NCBI GenBank assembly: GCA_030167865.1
Contig: JALAGF010005359.1
Span: 1 to 50,267 of the forward strand
Length of the DNA stretch: 50,267 nt
Source: Craspedostauros australis
Lineage: Eukaryota
Direction of reading: 5' to 3'
Shown here: positions 1 through 11,183 of the stretch, one piece after another
Layout of the letters: each line of letters opens with the position of its first letter
Position numbering within the stretch: position 1 is the stretch's first letter
Translations under genes and position numbers: made by a program
Notes under the pieces: generated by a model
Database searches by the model: none
The model's input: the letters and a program-made list of their open reading frames with translations, nothing else
Told to the model about the DNA's origin: nothing

Positions 1-115
1 AAGGTGTAGGAAGCGGAACACAATAGCAGATTGATACATCTCCTATTCTCACTTTCACAATGTCAACTCACATCGTCTTTTTGATTGCTTATACTGTTGG
101 CAACCCATAATACAG

Positions 116-791
116 ATTTAATGGAAGAATTTTGTTAAGAATGACAAACATCAAAGGTGCAAAGTCACAGTGGACGTGACTTACTTTCATGTTTGGAAAT
201 CTCATCCTTTTTCAAAGAAATGGTACAGCCACATATACAAGGGAGCTAGTCTGCGGTAGAAGATGGAGATTTGCATCCAAACTGGTGACATTGTTTGGTG
301 CTATGGTCTGTTCTCTTGTGGTTGATGGCCTGACCCAAAGATCTTCAGCTGCTCGCTGGCNNNNNNNNNNNNNNGTGAAATGGTGGAAGCAGATGGAGGG
401 TACAGCAGTCCCTGGGTACGCAAGCCAAAGAACTACAATACCAACGCAGACAGGGATGGCAAGACACATGAAAGAGCAAGACACGAAACCACCAATCGTC
501 TCTTCAAGAAATGGAAGATCTTCTATGAATCATTTCGACAAAATATGCAGCTGCACGAGACAGTATTGAAGGCAGTTGCCATAGCTGTCTATTGATCAGG
601 GCTTCTTCCAGCCTTGCCAAGTCAGGTAATAGAGAAAGAGACAGACTAAGTGANTAGAGCAGANCAGAGAAATTGGTTGTATGNATGTGAACAAAGTGTT
701 GTGCAGAAGACCNGTGTTGCCTGTCATTGGAACGATTTTGGGTTTGCACAGTTGTCAATTCGAATGAATCCCATTGCGTCTTCGTTCTAAG
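116..791 (+). mobile_element. Decayed DDE (PIF/Harbinger-IS5-like, DDE_Tnp_4-type) DNA transposon: 3' part of the transposase pseudogene plus probable right terminus
   Basis: One frame reads I*WKNF...CKVTVDVTYFHVWKSHPFSKKWYSHIYKGASLR*KMEICIQTGDIVWCYGLFSCG*WPDPKIF. After the N gap it continues MVEADGGY...RARHETTNRLFKKWKIF. These match the VDGTD / WYSHKF / GLRYE / ADxGY / RARHETxN blocks I recall for diatom DDE transposases. In-frame stops are present. The element probably ends at ...TTCGTTCTAAG (791). Confidence 0.75.
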
Positions 792-981
792 ACCAAAGGG
801 AAAATATATATTACCATAGCTCCCAGTTTTTGAGTTGGACAAGCAATTCACGCAGAGTTGCNNNNNNNNNNNNNNNNNNNNNNNNNNNNNNNNNNNNNNN
901 NNNNNNNNNNNACCAAAGGGAAAATATATATTACCATAGCTCCCAGTTTTTGAGTTGGACAAGCAATTCACGCAGAGTTGC
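792..981. other. 70-bp direct duplication flanking an N gap (probable assembly overlap artefact)
   Basis: 792-861 and 912-981 are identical (accaaagggaaaat...cagagttgc) and are separated by 50 N. Confidence 0.85.
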
Positions 982-1413
982 ACGGTACGTTTCTCGTCGT
1001 GAATTCCTGTGGTGATGATTCCTCCGCCAGATTTCGGAATCGTCCTGTGAGAACTCTCAATTCCTACTTCCGACGAAGAACAAGGAATCACCAACATGTC
1101 ACGATCATTGACTGGATGGACTCGTTNTTAACCAATCATAGCGCGCGACGTGGACAATGCGAATCGAAAGCGGACTTCGACAGATGTCAACATCACAAGT
1201 GTCGCGCGCGTGCGCGGAGCACAAAATTCTTGCGCGGTCAAACGTTGCCCAGGCAGAGTGACAAGTTTGAGTGTGCGAGATGCGTGTTGCCCCCAATGAT
1301 GAATTCAGTAGTGGATGCTGGTTGTGCTTTCAATCACTTCCATGGAACGATCTCCGACCATGACAATTGGCAGTTGCAACACAGATTCTTCGGGAGCTGC
1401 TTTTGTGGTTAGA

Positions 1414-1513
1414 TTGTTGTTGCCGTTATTGTCGTTATTGTCGTTGTTGCCATTGTTGCCATTGTTGTTGTCATTGCTGTTGGCATTGTTGTCATTGCTG
1501 TTGTCATTGTTGT

Positions 1514-1553
<40 letters not shown>
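1414..1553. repeat. Degenerate (TTG)n/(AAC)n trinucleotide microsatellite
   Basis: About 140 bp of ttg/tcg/tca/tgc triplets ending in a pure (ttg)n run. It reads as poly-Asn/Asp on the minus strand. Confidence 0.9.
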
Positions 1554-2656
1554 AGCATCATAGCTCGTCGTGTGTTGGTGTGATAGAGGTTGGCGAACTT
1601 GGGGAGATTGCACCCGACACAACAGGACGACGAGGTGGGCTCTCTCCCACCAAGATCCCAATCGCCGCTGGTATTCGCTGCCAAATACAAGGTCTGTCCC
1701 TCTTTCGAAAAGATGTTGTGCGTCACCGAGAAGAAATGATTGGTCACTGAAAATTCAAACAGGTTGGTGGAGAATACCTCTCGTCGAAACATGATCAGAA
1801 ATTAGAAATTTGGAATCAAAATATAATGACGTCAGGCCTTTGTTCTCGTCCAAAACGTAAAATACGTTGAGAACAAGAAAATCACAATTGTTTGGAAACA
1901 GGAAAGCACACGAAACTGCTATCGATTCGGAAGAATCAAGTGATTGACGCTGAAAACAAGAAGCCGATGGGAAAGCAGATGAACAACAGCCAGAAGCCAA
2001 CGATGGCCAAGGACAGCAGCAGAACAGAGAACAAAGCTGTGTGAAAGTCAAGCTGGGCATCAAGATCTGGATTACCCACCAATCCACAACTCTGGATTGT
2101 GATGCCTGATCCACAACCCAGATGAAGCAACAGCCTCATCATGCCTACCACCACTGCGCAATCCTCGACATGTTTTCGCACTCAAGCACCTCACTCACGC
2201 AAAATGTGAGTGTGTCAATGATGGGCACGACTGGACATCAACCTGAAGCACGACTGGCGAGTCCGAACCCCATTTGCCCCTTGACGTCCGCATGCTTAAC
2301 GTTTTTAGACGTAGACTTATGCGAAAAATATAAACTTTTTAACTATAAGGCCCAGGAGCTTGTTACCTCACCCATGTACTATCTACATCAGTATAGGATG
2401 ATATAATTCCTCAAATTAAAAATCGGCACGATAATACCTTTGTATCCTGAATGGGGTCATATATTCCTTCCGCCATCCAGCCCTGACGCAGGCGAACAGC
2501 CAACAAAACCACACACCGCGGTTCGTCGTTGTGTAGGCGAACCATCCCTGGGGGGACAACCAGAACTGCTCATGTTCCGACGCAACCAGCAATCCAACAA
2601 GGAGAGACAGAGGCCCCCTCCAACCACAATTTGTTCAAAGCGGAACAGTACTGCAT

Positions 2657-2686
2657 CAAGCCAAGCCAAGCCAAGCTAAGCCAAGC
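2657..2686. repeat. (CAAGC)n pentanucleotide tandem repeat
   Basis: caagccaagccaagccaagctaagccaagc. Confidence 0.8.
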
Positions 2687-2884
2687 AGAGTCGAGTAGCG
2701 TAGAGTCGAGCATTCACTCCAGGTTCTAGCGTGGAACTCCCCATCAAAGCATCAATATGGAGTCGGCAACACCTCAACGAAAGACGGCTTCTGGTGGCAA
2801 TGGCATCGTTTTGGCTGCCTCGTCGTCATCCTCTTCGTCTGGCGGATCTCTCTGTACGTCCCAACCTGTCGAGATTCACAGACA

Positions 2885-4470
2885 ATGAATGGCAGCAACG
2901 CCGCCTGTGAGATACATCCCAGCACGTCCCATGAACATGATTCGCTTCCATGCCGTTGATTGCACATCGTCGCATTCACGCAATGTGGCTTCATTCGTTC
3001 TCACAGAAACTACACGCACACTTCTTCCCACATCCCTCTCTTTCCTCCATGTGACACAATACCATCCACAGTGGCCTCATCACCGCTCTTGAGAAGTCTG
3101 ATCTCCGGTGGAGCTGGCGGTAAGTCAACTTTGTTGCCTTCCTATTGATTGATGATTTGGTCGATGCCTTTCTCAGGTGGGCTGCCACATCCAACACGTC
3201 CAATCACCATGTACGCATTATATTGGCATGCACGTCAATTTGTGCGGGTGTGAATCATCTTGCATTTGCATTTGGGTACACTTCATGTGAATGTCTCACC
3301 AAGTCTTGATCATGATTACTTGCATCCCGTTGTCACCTCGGCCGCCAAATCATTTCTTTCTTCATCCTTTATTCGGAACCCTGCAGGTGTTGCTGCGACT
3401 GTTGTGGGTCATCCCTTCGATCTTGTCAAGGTACGTGAGCAACATAATGCTGTACATGCGACTGCTAGGATGAATACAAGATGCACTCGATATGCATCGT
3501 CTGAAGCAATGCTTAGACCGGCGATGGACGCTGCCATCGGTACGTATAAGTGCCAGATTCTGACGCATTTATGCGGATGACCGTCTCACCGTCGCATTCA
3601 TTTCTTCACGTGTGCAAACACCACACAACACAACACTCGCCTGCTTGACCCCAATGGATTCCCATGTGCATACAGGTCCGAATGCAAACAGGAATGACGC
3701 AGGGGACATCTGTGTTCGCTGCCTTGCGACAAACGCTCGTCAAGGAGGGCATCCGTGGCGCGTACCGCGGCGTGTCGGCACCCGTCGTCGCTATATCGCC
3801 GGTGTACGCGTTGAGCTTTTGGGGATATGAATTGGGTCAGGAGGCTGTGCGATTCGCCACCAACAAGACGGAGAAAGAACCCTGTTCGCTGCCCGAGCTA
3901 TGCTTCGCGGGTGGGTTGTCTGCCTTTCCAGCCACCATGATAACGGCGCCATCCGAGCGAATCAAGTGCCTGCTGCAGATTCAAACGTTGACCGCATCGG
4001 CGGCCAGCCCTCCGAAGTACACCGGCATGATTGACTGCGCCATCCAACTGTTGAAAACCGGTGGCATCCGCAGCCTTTACAAGGGGTTTACGTTGACGTT
4101 GCTCCGGGATGTGCCAGGTAGCATCACGTGGTTCGGAGTGTACGAAGTCATGAAGAGTCAACTGGTGAAAGTGGAGGGAGTCGATGACACGAAGCAGCTA
4201 TCCATTTTTTCTGTCCTGATGTCTGGTGGTATCTCAGGCATGGCAACTTGGACCGTGTCCATCCCGTTCGATGTGTTGAAATCACGTTACCAAACCGCCG
4301 CGGAGGGCACCTACAAGAGCCTCTTCGATGTGTACCGTCATTTGATCAAGACGGAGGGTGCTGGCGCTCTGTTCACTGGCATTCGACCTGCATTGATCCG
4401 TGCCTTCCCAGCCAACGCCTCCTGCTTCTACGTCGCGGAACTTGTCAAGAAGATGATGGGCGATGCGTGA
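2885..4470 (+). CDS. Mitochondrial carrier (SLC25) protein, carnitine/acylcarnitine carrier-like
   Basis: Proposed exons are 2885-2906 (tentative), 3072-3119, 3387-3430 and 3676-4470, all GT-AG and in phase. It has three Px[DE]xx[KR]x[RK]-type carrier motifs (GHPFDLVKVRMQ, APSERIKCLLQ, IPFDVLKSRYQ), plus LLRDVPGS and RAFPANA, which are typical of SLC25A20/CRC1-like carriers. Confidence 0.9.
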
Positions 4471-5000
4471 TGAGAAGGCGGCGAAGTGGTACGAGAAGAA
4501 TAAACTACAATGCTGTTCGAGAGTTGGCTTTTATTACATACTCGACTGCCATCGTAGATTCCGCGACATGACAGCAGAAGTTGTGCACCAGCAATGTCAT
4601 CGGTACGGCAAGTCCTTTTGCTACTCTTCTACCGTGCAAATGCAGACGAGCATTGATTCGCTCCATTTGGCCTTTCATCCTCCATACGTACTCGTACTCT
4701 GTCAAACTCGTCGCTTTTCGACAGGAACAGCATTCTTCATCTGAAATGCTGTCAGCAATGCCCCAGTATGATGTGGTGGACCGTGTATGCAGGGTACACG
4801 CTCGCACATAGCTCGTAAATTTCCGAACTTGCCGTCCAACTCCATCTGCATCTTCTCCCAAGCACAGTTCAAGGAGTAGATCGTATTCGTGGAATACGTA
4901 CGACCATGCGTAGGCGCAGAGCATGTTGATTTTTCCACGGCGAGCCATGCTGTCGTCGAACGTGGCGATGCGCCCGCTGCACCAATGCGTTCTATGATCT

Positions 5001-5309
5001 CTATGTCCGTTGCCTTCGTGCTTCACGGAAGCATTCCTTGACGGCCGCAAACTCCTCCTGACACACATGCCGTTGCAGCATATCCTGCTCCTCGGCCAGT
5101 CGGATGCACGAGGCGTAGGCCTTGATGCGATCGGGACAGGTCTGCTTCATCTGCGTGAAGACCCGCGTGAACTGATTTGGCTTCTGCACGCCTGGCGTTC
5201 GATACGACGACGACGCTGCTCTGGTTGCCGTCGCCGCGACGTTGCCGGAACGGCTGTTGCCAATGGCGCTGGCTGTCGCAGCAATCTTCGTTGGTATCAT
5301 GGGTGACAT
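5001..5309 (-). CDS. Small twin-CX9C (CHCH) mitochondrial intermembrane-space protein, NDUFAF8-like
   Basis: Contains CPDRIKAYASC...CQEEFAAVKECF, two exact CX9C motifs with the AY and EF...CF pattern seen in NDUFAF8-type complex I assembly factors. First ATG is at 5309. Confidence 0.75.
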   Translation of the reverse strand: MSPMIPTKIAATASAIGNSRSGNVAATATRAASSSYRTPGVQKPNQFTRVFTQMKQTCPDRIKAYASCIRLAEEQDMLQRHVCQEEFAAVKECFREARRQRT

Positions 5310-5925
5310 CGCAGGGAACAATTATGGCAGAGTGGAGCAAAGGTGCGAGTGTTCACAATGCATTGCACGAATGCTCTTCCCAATCGTATCACTCGCAGCG
5401 TGATACGCCTATGGGTATGTGTATGGGTACGAGTTGGTACTATTCTATGATTGGAGATGTGCTTCAGTGGGTTGGCTCTCTCTTTGGATCCTTGTCTCCA
5501 TCGCGATGGATCGTGATGGGTCAACAACCACGATGCTCTGGTTGTCGCCCACGATTTGGCACAGACCGACTCATCTTTTCTTCGCGAAACACCGCGTCAT
5601 CTTTTCTTCACATCTATGCGACTCAACCGACTCTTTGACTGGAGTTGCGTCGAGTCGTGGACAACAAACAAGGTTGAAATTCGCATCTCCCAAACGCGGC
5701 ACCACATCGTGTCGGATGGAAACTTGGGGGGCTGTTCTTGTGTTGATGTGTGGATGTGTTGATGGGTGAGCGTGGCGAGTGTGGTACCGAGATGTGCGGA
5801 GGTCCGCCAAGTGAGGCAAAGAGGGAATAAACAGCTGAGCTGCCGTCTCCAACCTTTCTCATACACTTGTATTCCTCATAAGCCAAGTGAACGGGCAGAA
5901 AGAGACAACAGAGACGTGCGCTGTA

Positions 5926-5948
5926 GAGAGAGAGAGAGAGAGAGAGAG
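5926..5948. repeat. (GA)n microsatellite just upstream of the XPG start
   Basis: agagagagag... run 21 nt upstream of ATG 5970. Confidence 0.9.
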
Positions 5949-5969
5949 CACCTACAGGCATATGTCAGG

Positions 5970-8900
5970 ATGGGAGTCAAGGGACTGTGGCAGCTGCTGC
6001 TGCCCATCGGGCGACGCATCTCCATCGAGACGCTGGAAGGGAAGGTGCTGGCGATCGATGCCAGTATCTGGCTGCTGCAATTCATCAAGGCGATGAGGGA
6101 TCCGGAGACGGGATCCGTGAAGCCGGCGGCGCATCTCATTGGTTTCTTCCGGCGGCTGTGCAAGCTGCGGTACCACGGGATACGTCCCGTCTTCGTGTTC
6201 GACGGTGCGACGCCTGAGATCAAGCTCAGAGAGCTGGCGTTGCGAAGGAAGCGGAGGGATCAGTTCACCGTGGGCAGCGCATCGAGCGGCAAGGATGGCA
6301 AGTCCCACATCGACACAGCCTTTCAAAGGATGGCCAAGCGCATTCTAGCGCAGCAGCTCAAGAAGCACGGTGCCATCGCCAGCAACAAGACAGGCGAGGA
6401 GATTGCATTGGACCAGGAAAAACAACAACGGCGTGGCGAAGGCGAGAAAGCTGACGGGGATGGTGGCAAGGCATCGAACGCCCAACAGACATCAACTTCA
6501 TCCGCTCCTGGATTCTACGACCCTGAGCTGGATGATACCGATGCCCAAGAACAAGACGAAACCAAACAGAAGGGTCAATCCGCGCAGTCCTCGCTGGCAG
6601 GGTCGCAGCAGTCGACGGTGCAACGAAGCGGTGGCGATGATAACGACAAGGGTGCGACCACAGTCTCAGATGGAAACCAGAGATACCCCAACGACAGCGA
6701 AGCAGCGGTCCAAGTTCTCGGTGCTTCTCCTGCTCGACCGTTGTCCGCAACGAAATCGTCGACAGCGAATGATGAAGCCATCGCGAAGCTGCTGAGCGAA
6801 CAACAAGATTATCTTCAGCCAGAGGGTCCGGCATTGGAAAAGAGCGACTGGGATACGGCGGTCGTGTTGCAGAAGCAGGAATATGAAAATGCCGAGCGAC
6901 CTGCAAGCGGTCACGGTGCTGCAAAAGGACGCGCTGCAGGCACCACCAATGACAATCGCAGAAATGGTGGGAACGACTCCGATTCGGAATACGAACTGGA
7001 CGCGGACCAACCGATCGATAAGCCTGTGTTTCCGTCTGCTGATCGGAGGCGGGGTCGAGGCAAGCAACTCAACAAACGCAAGCGAAACGGAGGGTTTCAG
7101 ATGGCGCATGCCTCCAACAAGAACGGCAACAGCCACAGTTTTGCCCCGGATGATCCTGACCAATTTGATGTCGACTTCGTCGCTTCGCTACCATCATCAG
7201 ATCGGAAGGAGCAGGTGGAGGAGGCACATCGAAGGCAGCGCATGCGATCGCGGAGCGAATTCATGCAAGTTGCCGCCAATCCCGAGGAACTCTCCAAATG
7301 CCAGCTCCGCAATTTCCTCCGGTACACGAAGCTCAACAAGGATGCAGTCAAGGTGGCCAAGCAGGTCCTCAAAAATGAGGAGGAGGTGGATGAGTCGGGC
7401 AATCGCATTCGCACCAACGCAGCCGATCCTTCGCGCAAGATATTCTTTCAAAAGGACGGTGAGAAGAAGACGAAGGACCGGAAAAACCGCGGCGGAAAAG
7501 TAAGCAAGTCGTCGCGCGGAAACAATCGTTTCGTCAATTCCACAAACAACGCCACATACGATGACGACAGCTTCGAACCCAGCGATCTTGAATACGATGA
7601 CTTTGCAGTGGACATGGAATACGAATCGCGCGGCAAGGTTGGAAAAACTCTCACGAGGAAGCGGAACCGCAAAATCCACAGCGGATTCATTGTTGCGCCA
7701 CCAAGCCAATCAGACGATGAGAGCGATGGTGAGAACAACCGTCATAGCGATGGCAATGGCAATGCCGACGATGACGATGACGATGACGATGACATCGACT
7801 GGGAGGATGTTGAGATGGAGGCAGCTGGTGTGAGGAAGCACGGCGGTGATGACCACGATGTCAACGATGATCTCAAACCTGCAGCGCGAACCACCAAAGC
7901 AAACGGCACCGCAGGCTTCACAAGACATGCCATCATCGATATTGACGAAGAGGATGATAGCGACGATGGAATCGGTGCTGGATTCTTCAAATCAACAGCG
8001 GAACCGGAGGCTGGGGAAACTGGTGGGGGCTTCGTGGTGGCCGCCAATGCATCGGCAACTATTGCTTCTTCGGCTGCTTCTGCTTCCAAAGTTGCTCCAG
8101 CTTCAAGACTTGCAAAACGCAGAAGGATAGCCCAGGATGATGATGATGATGATGAAAATGGCGAGGAGGAACGTGACGGAAGCGACATTGTCGCAGTTGT
8201 TGATGGAGGCATGGATGGGGGTGCTTCTCACATGGCATCCACTGATAACTGCGGTGCAACTACTCCTCGTAAAGATCACGTGCTCTCCCAACAATCTCGG
8301 GATGAGCAACTGGCCAGAGCTTTGCAGGATGAGGAAAATGGAGGTGTTCGGAACGGCAATAGAGCCACCATAGTGAATGATGGCGGTCGGTTCACGTCAG
8401 TACCGAAGAAACTGAACGGTCCCAAACCAGTCAATCCATACGCAAAGAAACCAACGGCTCGTTCGGCGCATGACGAATCATTGGCGCGTTCACTGCAGCT
8501 CGAGGAGGACAGACAAGCTGCCATGCACCATCATCAACAACAACAAGAACTCGAAGCGAAACAATCAAGATCATCCATGATCGTGCTTCATGATGACTCT
8601 GATGACGAAAACAGCGATGGTGGCGGCGGATTTATCACCGAGAAAGACTTGATCGATCCTTCAGACGACCGCAAGCCTGCAGCAAGACCAACAAGGACCA
8701 TCAAAACCGCTGCTGCGTCATCCAATCTTGAGCCGAATTTGTTGCTATTGAACGCCTCATCAGCTTCCGAAGATGACGACGAAGAAGGCGAAGGTGGCGG
8801 CGGTGGTTTCATCAAACCATCAGATCTATCGAACCAAATGAGCAAAGAAGCTTCGCCAAACATCACCAAAGCAACAATCGCAGCGACGGCCAGCCTGAAG

Positions 8901-11183
8901 AAAAGTGAGCAAGTGGAAGTTATTGATGTTGTGATGCACAGACACGATAGATCGAATGGAATTCCCGTCGCCCGCAAGCCAGCTGCCAATCTCGCAGAGC
9001 CAGCGAAGTCAATGAAACCTTCAGAATCAAATACGACGTTGACTGAGTCGCTGGTCGTAAGCTCCGAAGAACAGAAGCCTCAGCAAGATGGAATCAACAG
9101 CGGAGATAGTGATGACGAAGATGACATTGATTGGGAAGACGGGGACGACTTTGGAAGTGACAAGAACGATGCTGACAAAACAACACCGCCCCGAATTATC
9201 GATGTGGACGAGGAGCCATCCGTCCCGCCAAACAAGTCCGATGCACTCAGTGCGAACAGCAGCTCCGTCAAAATGCCTCTATCAAGTCCATCACGAGCAT
9301 CAGCCGAAGCAACAAACAGAGCGCCGTATTCCAGTCGTTCACCGGAGGTCAGTGTCAATCAAGTGAGTGCGATTGATGACTCCAATGGAAACGATGAAAA
9401 CGGTGTGACGATGGATGACCACATCGATGCCGATGGCGACATCGTCAATGAAGGAGATGCCAACGGTGGCAGGTATGGCTTGGACAAGCTCGCTGGCGAT
9501 GAGTGGGGAACGAACGATTTCGATGCGATCGGCTCCCAAGATGACACCGCCGCAGCGTTGGAACAGGCGCAGGCAACCGCAGCCAAGTTAACCGATTGGG
9601 CGGGCAGGGCATTCCGAAGAGCGATCGCAAAGCACGCGGCCGACACCGGCATCACATTGAGTACATCTCTGAGCCAGGCAAGTGCATCTCCCGAGAAGCG
9701 CGTGTCGCCGTTGAAAACCAATTCATCTCAAAACCAGACGCCGAATGGACACCCGGCGACTCCCAGCAATGATGGCGGTGCCTCGGTCGACGAACAGCAA
9801 TTCACTCCGCCGAACCGCTCGAAGTATGTCTCCACACCACAAAAGTCACCAACGATCAATGCCAGCTGTCGCAAAGCAGACAATGCAATCGCAGGTTCTC
9901 CCATGTGTTCAACTCCTCCAAAGATCAATGGCACCAATGACAATCACGGCCTTCGTGATAATGTTGAGAACAGCAGCCGTACAATCAGTCTGGTGGCGAC
10001 ACAACAAAGCAATAACAAGATGGAAAACGATAGCCCGACAGGCGACGGTGGAGCTCCTTCCGGCACTGCTGGTGCTTTCGACGATGCTGCAAGGATTGAC
10101 GAAGGCAGAAGTAGGGGCGACGATGACACCGTGACTGCAACAAACACATTGGACGCAAGTGAGGTTGCGGCGACGCTTGAGGAGTACCAAAGCAAATGGG
10201 CGGAAGAACGTCGTCAGGCAGATCGCGAGATGGACACTGTGACGGATGAGATGAAGACGGAGGCGATGCAGCTTCTGCAACTATTCGGCGTGCCGTACCT
10301 CGTGGCACCAGCGGAGGCCGAGGCGCAATGCGTGGCATTGGAACAGCTCGGTCTGGTGCATGGCATCGTCACGGAGGACAGCGACGCGTTTGTTTTCGGC
10401 GGCAAGACCGTCTACAAGAACATCTTCGACGATCAAAAGTACGTGGAGGCGTACCGCGCTGATGATGCCAAGAGGGAGATGGAAATTTCGTGGGATGGCA
10501 TGATCGCCTTGGCCATGCTGCTGGGCAGCGACTACACGGAGGGGGTGAAGGGCGTGGGCATCGTGAATGGCATGGAAATCCTGCAAGGCTTCGACGTGTC
10601 GCAGGGTGTCAAGAAGGGTTTGAAAGCCTTCCGCCGTTGGCTGGAAGCCTTCGATCCGAATGATGCGATCTCCAAGCACAAGAGCCGGTTCGATGGGAAC
10701 AGGCGCGAGCAGATCTTCCACCACAGCCATCACACGGCACGCGCGCGATGGATCCCGCCAGCGAATTTCCCGGACGACAAAGTGCTGAACGCGTACCAGA
10801 ATCCCGTCGTGGACAGGTCCGACGAGCAGTTCACGTGGGGCGTTCCCGATACGGAGAAGCTGGTGCTGTTCTGCAACCGGCATGCGGGTTGGTCATCGGA
10901 CGAGACCATCGGTCAGCTCGAACCCGTGGTGAAGCGCATCGAAGGCAAGTCCGTTCAAACCAGAATCGATTCGTTCATGCGGTACGAGGACGGCATCCGG
11001 TTCGCGCAGGTCCGATCAAAGCGTCTGCGCGCCGTTCTGCAGACCATCCAACAGCGTTACAAGAAGGGAGCTGACGGCGACAAGGGAAAGGATGACGATA
11101 CCGATGCCACTGATGGTGATAGTGGGAGGGAGAAGGAGCACGTCGCTGGCGACGATGACGACGTTGACGTTGATGATGAATAA
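5970..11183 (+). CDS. ERCC5: DNA repair endonuclease XPG/RAD2 (1737 aa, intronless)
   Basis: N-domain MGVKGLWQLL...LAIDASIWL...RPVFVFDG. A long acidic spacer follows. The I-domain reads LFGVPYLVAPAEAEAQC...VTEDSDAFVFGG, then H3TH LLGSDYTEGVKGVGIVNGMEIL. A C-terminal PIP box QTRIDSF and the SKRL motif are present. Confidence 0.95.
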   Translation: MGVKGLWQLLLPIGRRISIETLEGKVLAIDASIWLLQFIKAMRDPETGSVKPAAHLIGFFRRLCKLRYHGIRPVFVFDGATPEIKLRELALRRKRRDQFTVGSASSGKDGKSHIDTAFQRMAKRILAQQLKKHGAIASNKTGEEIALDQEKQQRRGEGEKADGDGGKASNAQQTSTSSAPGFYDPELDDTDAQEQDETKQKGQSAQSSLAGSQQSTVQRSGGDDNDKGATTVSDGNQRYPNDSEAAVQVLGASPARPLSATKSSTANDEAIAKLLSEQQDYLQPEGPALEKSDWDTAVVLQKQEYENAERPASGHGAAKGRAAGTTNDNRRNGGNDSDSEYELDADQPIDKPVFPSADRRRGRGKQLNKRKRNGGFQMAHASNKNGNSHSFAPDDPDQFDVDFVASLPSSDRKEQVEEAHRRQRMRSRSEFMQVAANPEELSKCQLRNFLRYTKLNKDAVKVAKQVLKNEEEVDESGNRIRTNAADPSRKIFFQKDGEKKTKDRKNRGGKVSKSSRGNNRFVNSTNNATYDDDSFEPSDLEYDDFAVDMEYESRGKVGKTLTRKRNRKIHSGFIVAPPSQSDDESDGENNRHSDGNGNADDDDDDDDDIDWEDVEMEAAGVRKHGGDDHDVNDDLKPAARTTKANGTAGFTRHAIIDIDEEDDSDDGIGAGFFKSTAEPEAGETGGGFVVAANASATIASSAASASKVAPASRLAKRRRIAQDDDDDDENGEEERDGSDIVAVVDGGMDGGASHMASTDNCGATTPRKDHVLSQQSRDEQLARALQDEENGGVRNGNRATIVNDGGRFTSVPKKLNGPKPVNPYAKKPTARSAHDESLARSLQLEEDRQAAMHHHQQQQELEAKQSRSSMIVLHDDSDDENSDGGGGFITEKDLIDPSDDRKPAARPTRTIKTAAASSNLEPNLLLLNASSASEDDDEEGEGGGGGFIKPSDLSNQMSKEASPNITKATIAATASLKKSEQVEVIDVVMHRHDRSNGIPVARKPAANLAEPAKSMKPSESNTTLTESLVVSSEEQKPQQDGINSGDSDDEDDIDWEDGDDFGSDKNDADKTTPPRIIDVDEEPSVPPNKSDALSANSSSVKMPLSSPSRASAEATNRAPYSSRSPEVSVNQVSAIDDSNGNDENGVTMDDHIDADGDIVNEGDANGGRYGLDKLAGDEWGTNDFDAIGSQDDTAAALEQAQATAAKLTDWAGRAFRRAIAKHAADTGITLSTSLSQASASPEKRVSPLKTNSSQNQTPNGHPATPSNDGGASVDEQQFTPPNRSKYVSTPQKSPTINASCRKADNAIAGSPMCSTPPKINGTNDNHGLRDNVENSSRTISLVATQQSNNKMENDSPTGDGGAPSGTAGAFDDAARIDEGRSRGDDDTVTATNTLDASEVAATLEEYQSKWAEERRQADREMDTVTDEMKTEAMQLLQLFGVPYLVAPAEAEAQCVALEQLGLVHGIVTEDSDAFVFGGKTVYKNIFDDQKYVEAYRADDAKREMEISWDGMIALAMLLGSDYTEGVKGVGIVNGMEILQGFDVSQGVKKGLKAFRRWLEAFDPNDAISKHKSRFDGNRREQIFHHSHHTARARWIPPANFPDDKVLNAYQNPVVDRSDEQFTWGVPDTEKLVLFCNRHAGWSSDETIGQLEPVVKRIEGKSVQTRIDSFMRYEDGIRFAQVRSKRLRAVLQTIQQRYKKGADGDKGKDDDTDATDGDSGREKEHVAGDDDDVDVDDE

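Noticed and set aside
792..981. 70-bp direct repeat as a biological repeat, TSD or CRISPR unit
   Set aside because: Two identical copies flank a round 50-N gap, which is typical of scaffolding overlap.
1305..1792. Poly-Asn, poly-Leu, poly-Cys and poly-Thr ORFs
   Set aside because: All are frames of the same trinucleotide microsatellite, with no domain or convincing gene structure.
5766..5969. N-terminal extension of XPG in the ORF track
   Set aside because: It uses a non-ATG start and crosses a GA microsatellite. The XPG family starts at MGVxGLW (5970).
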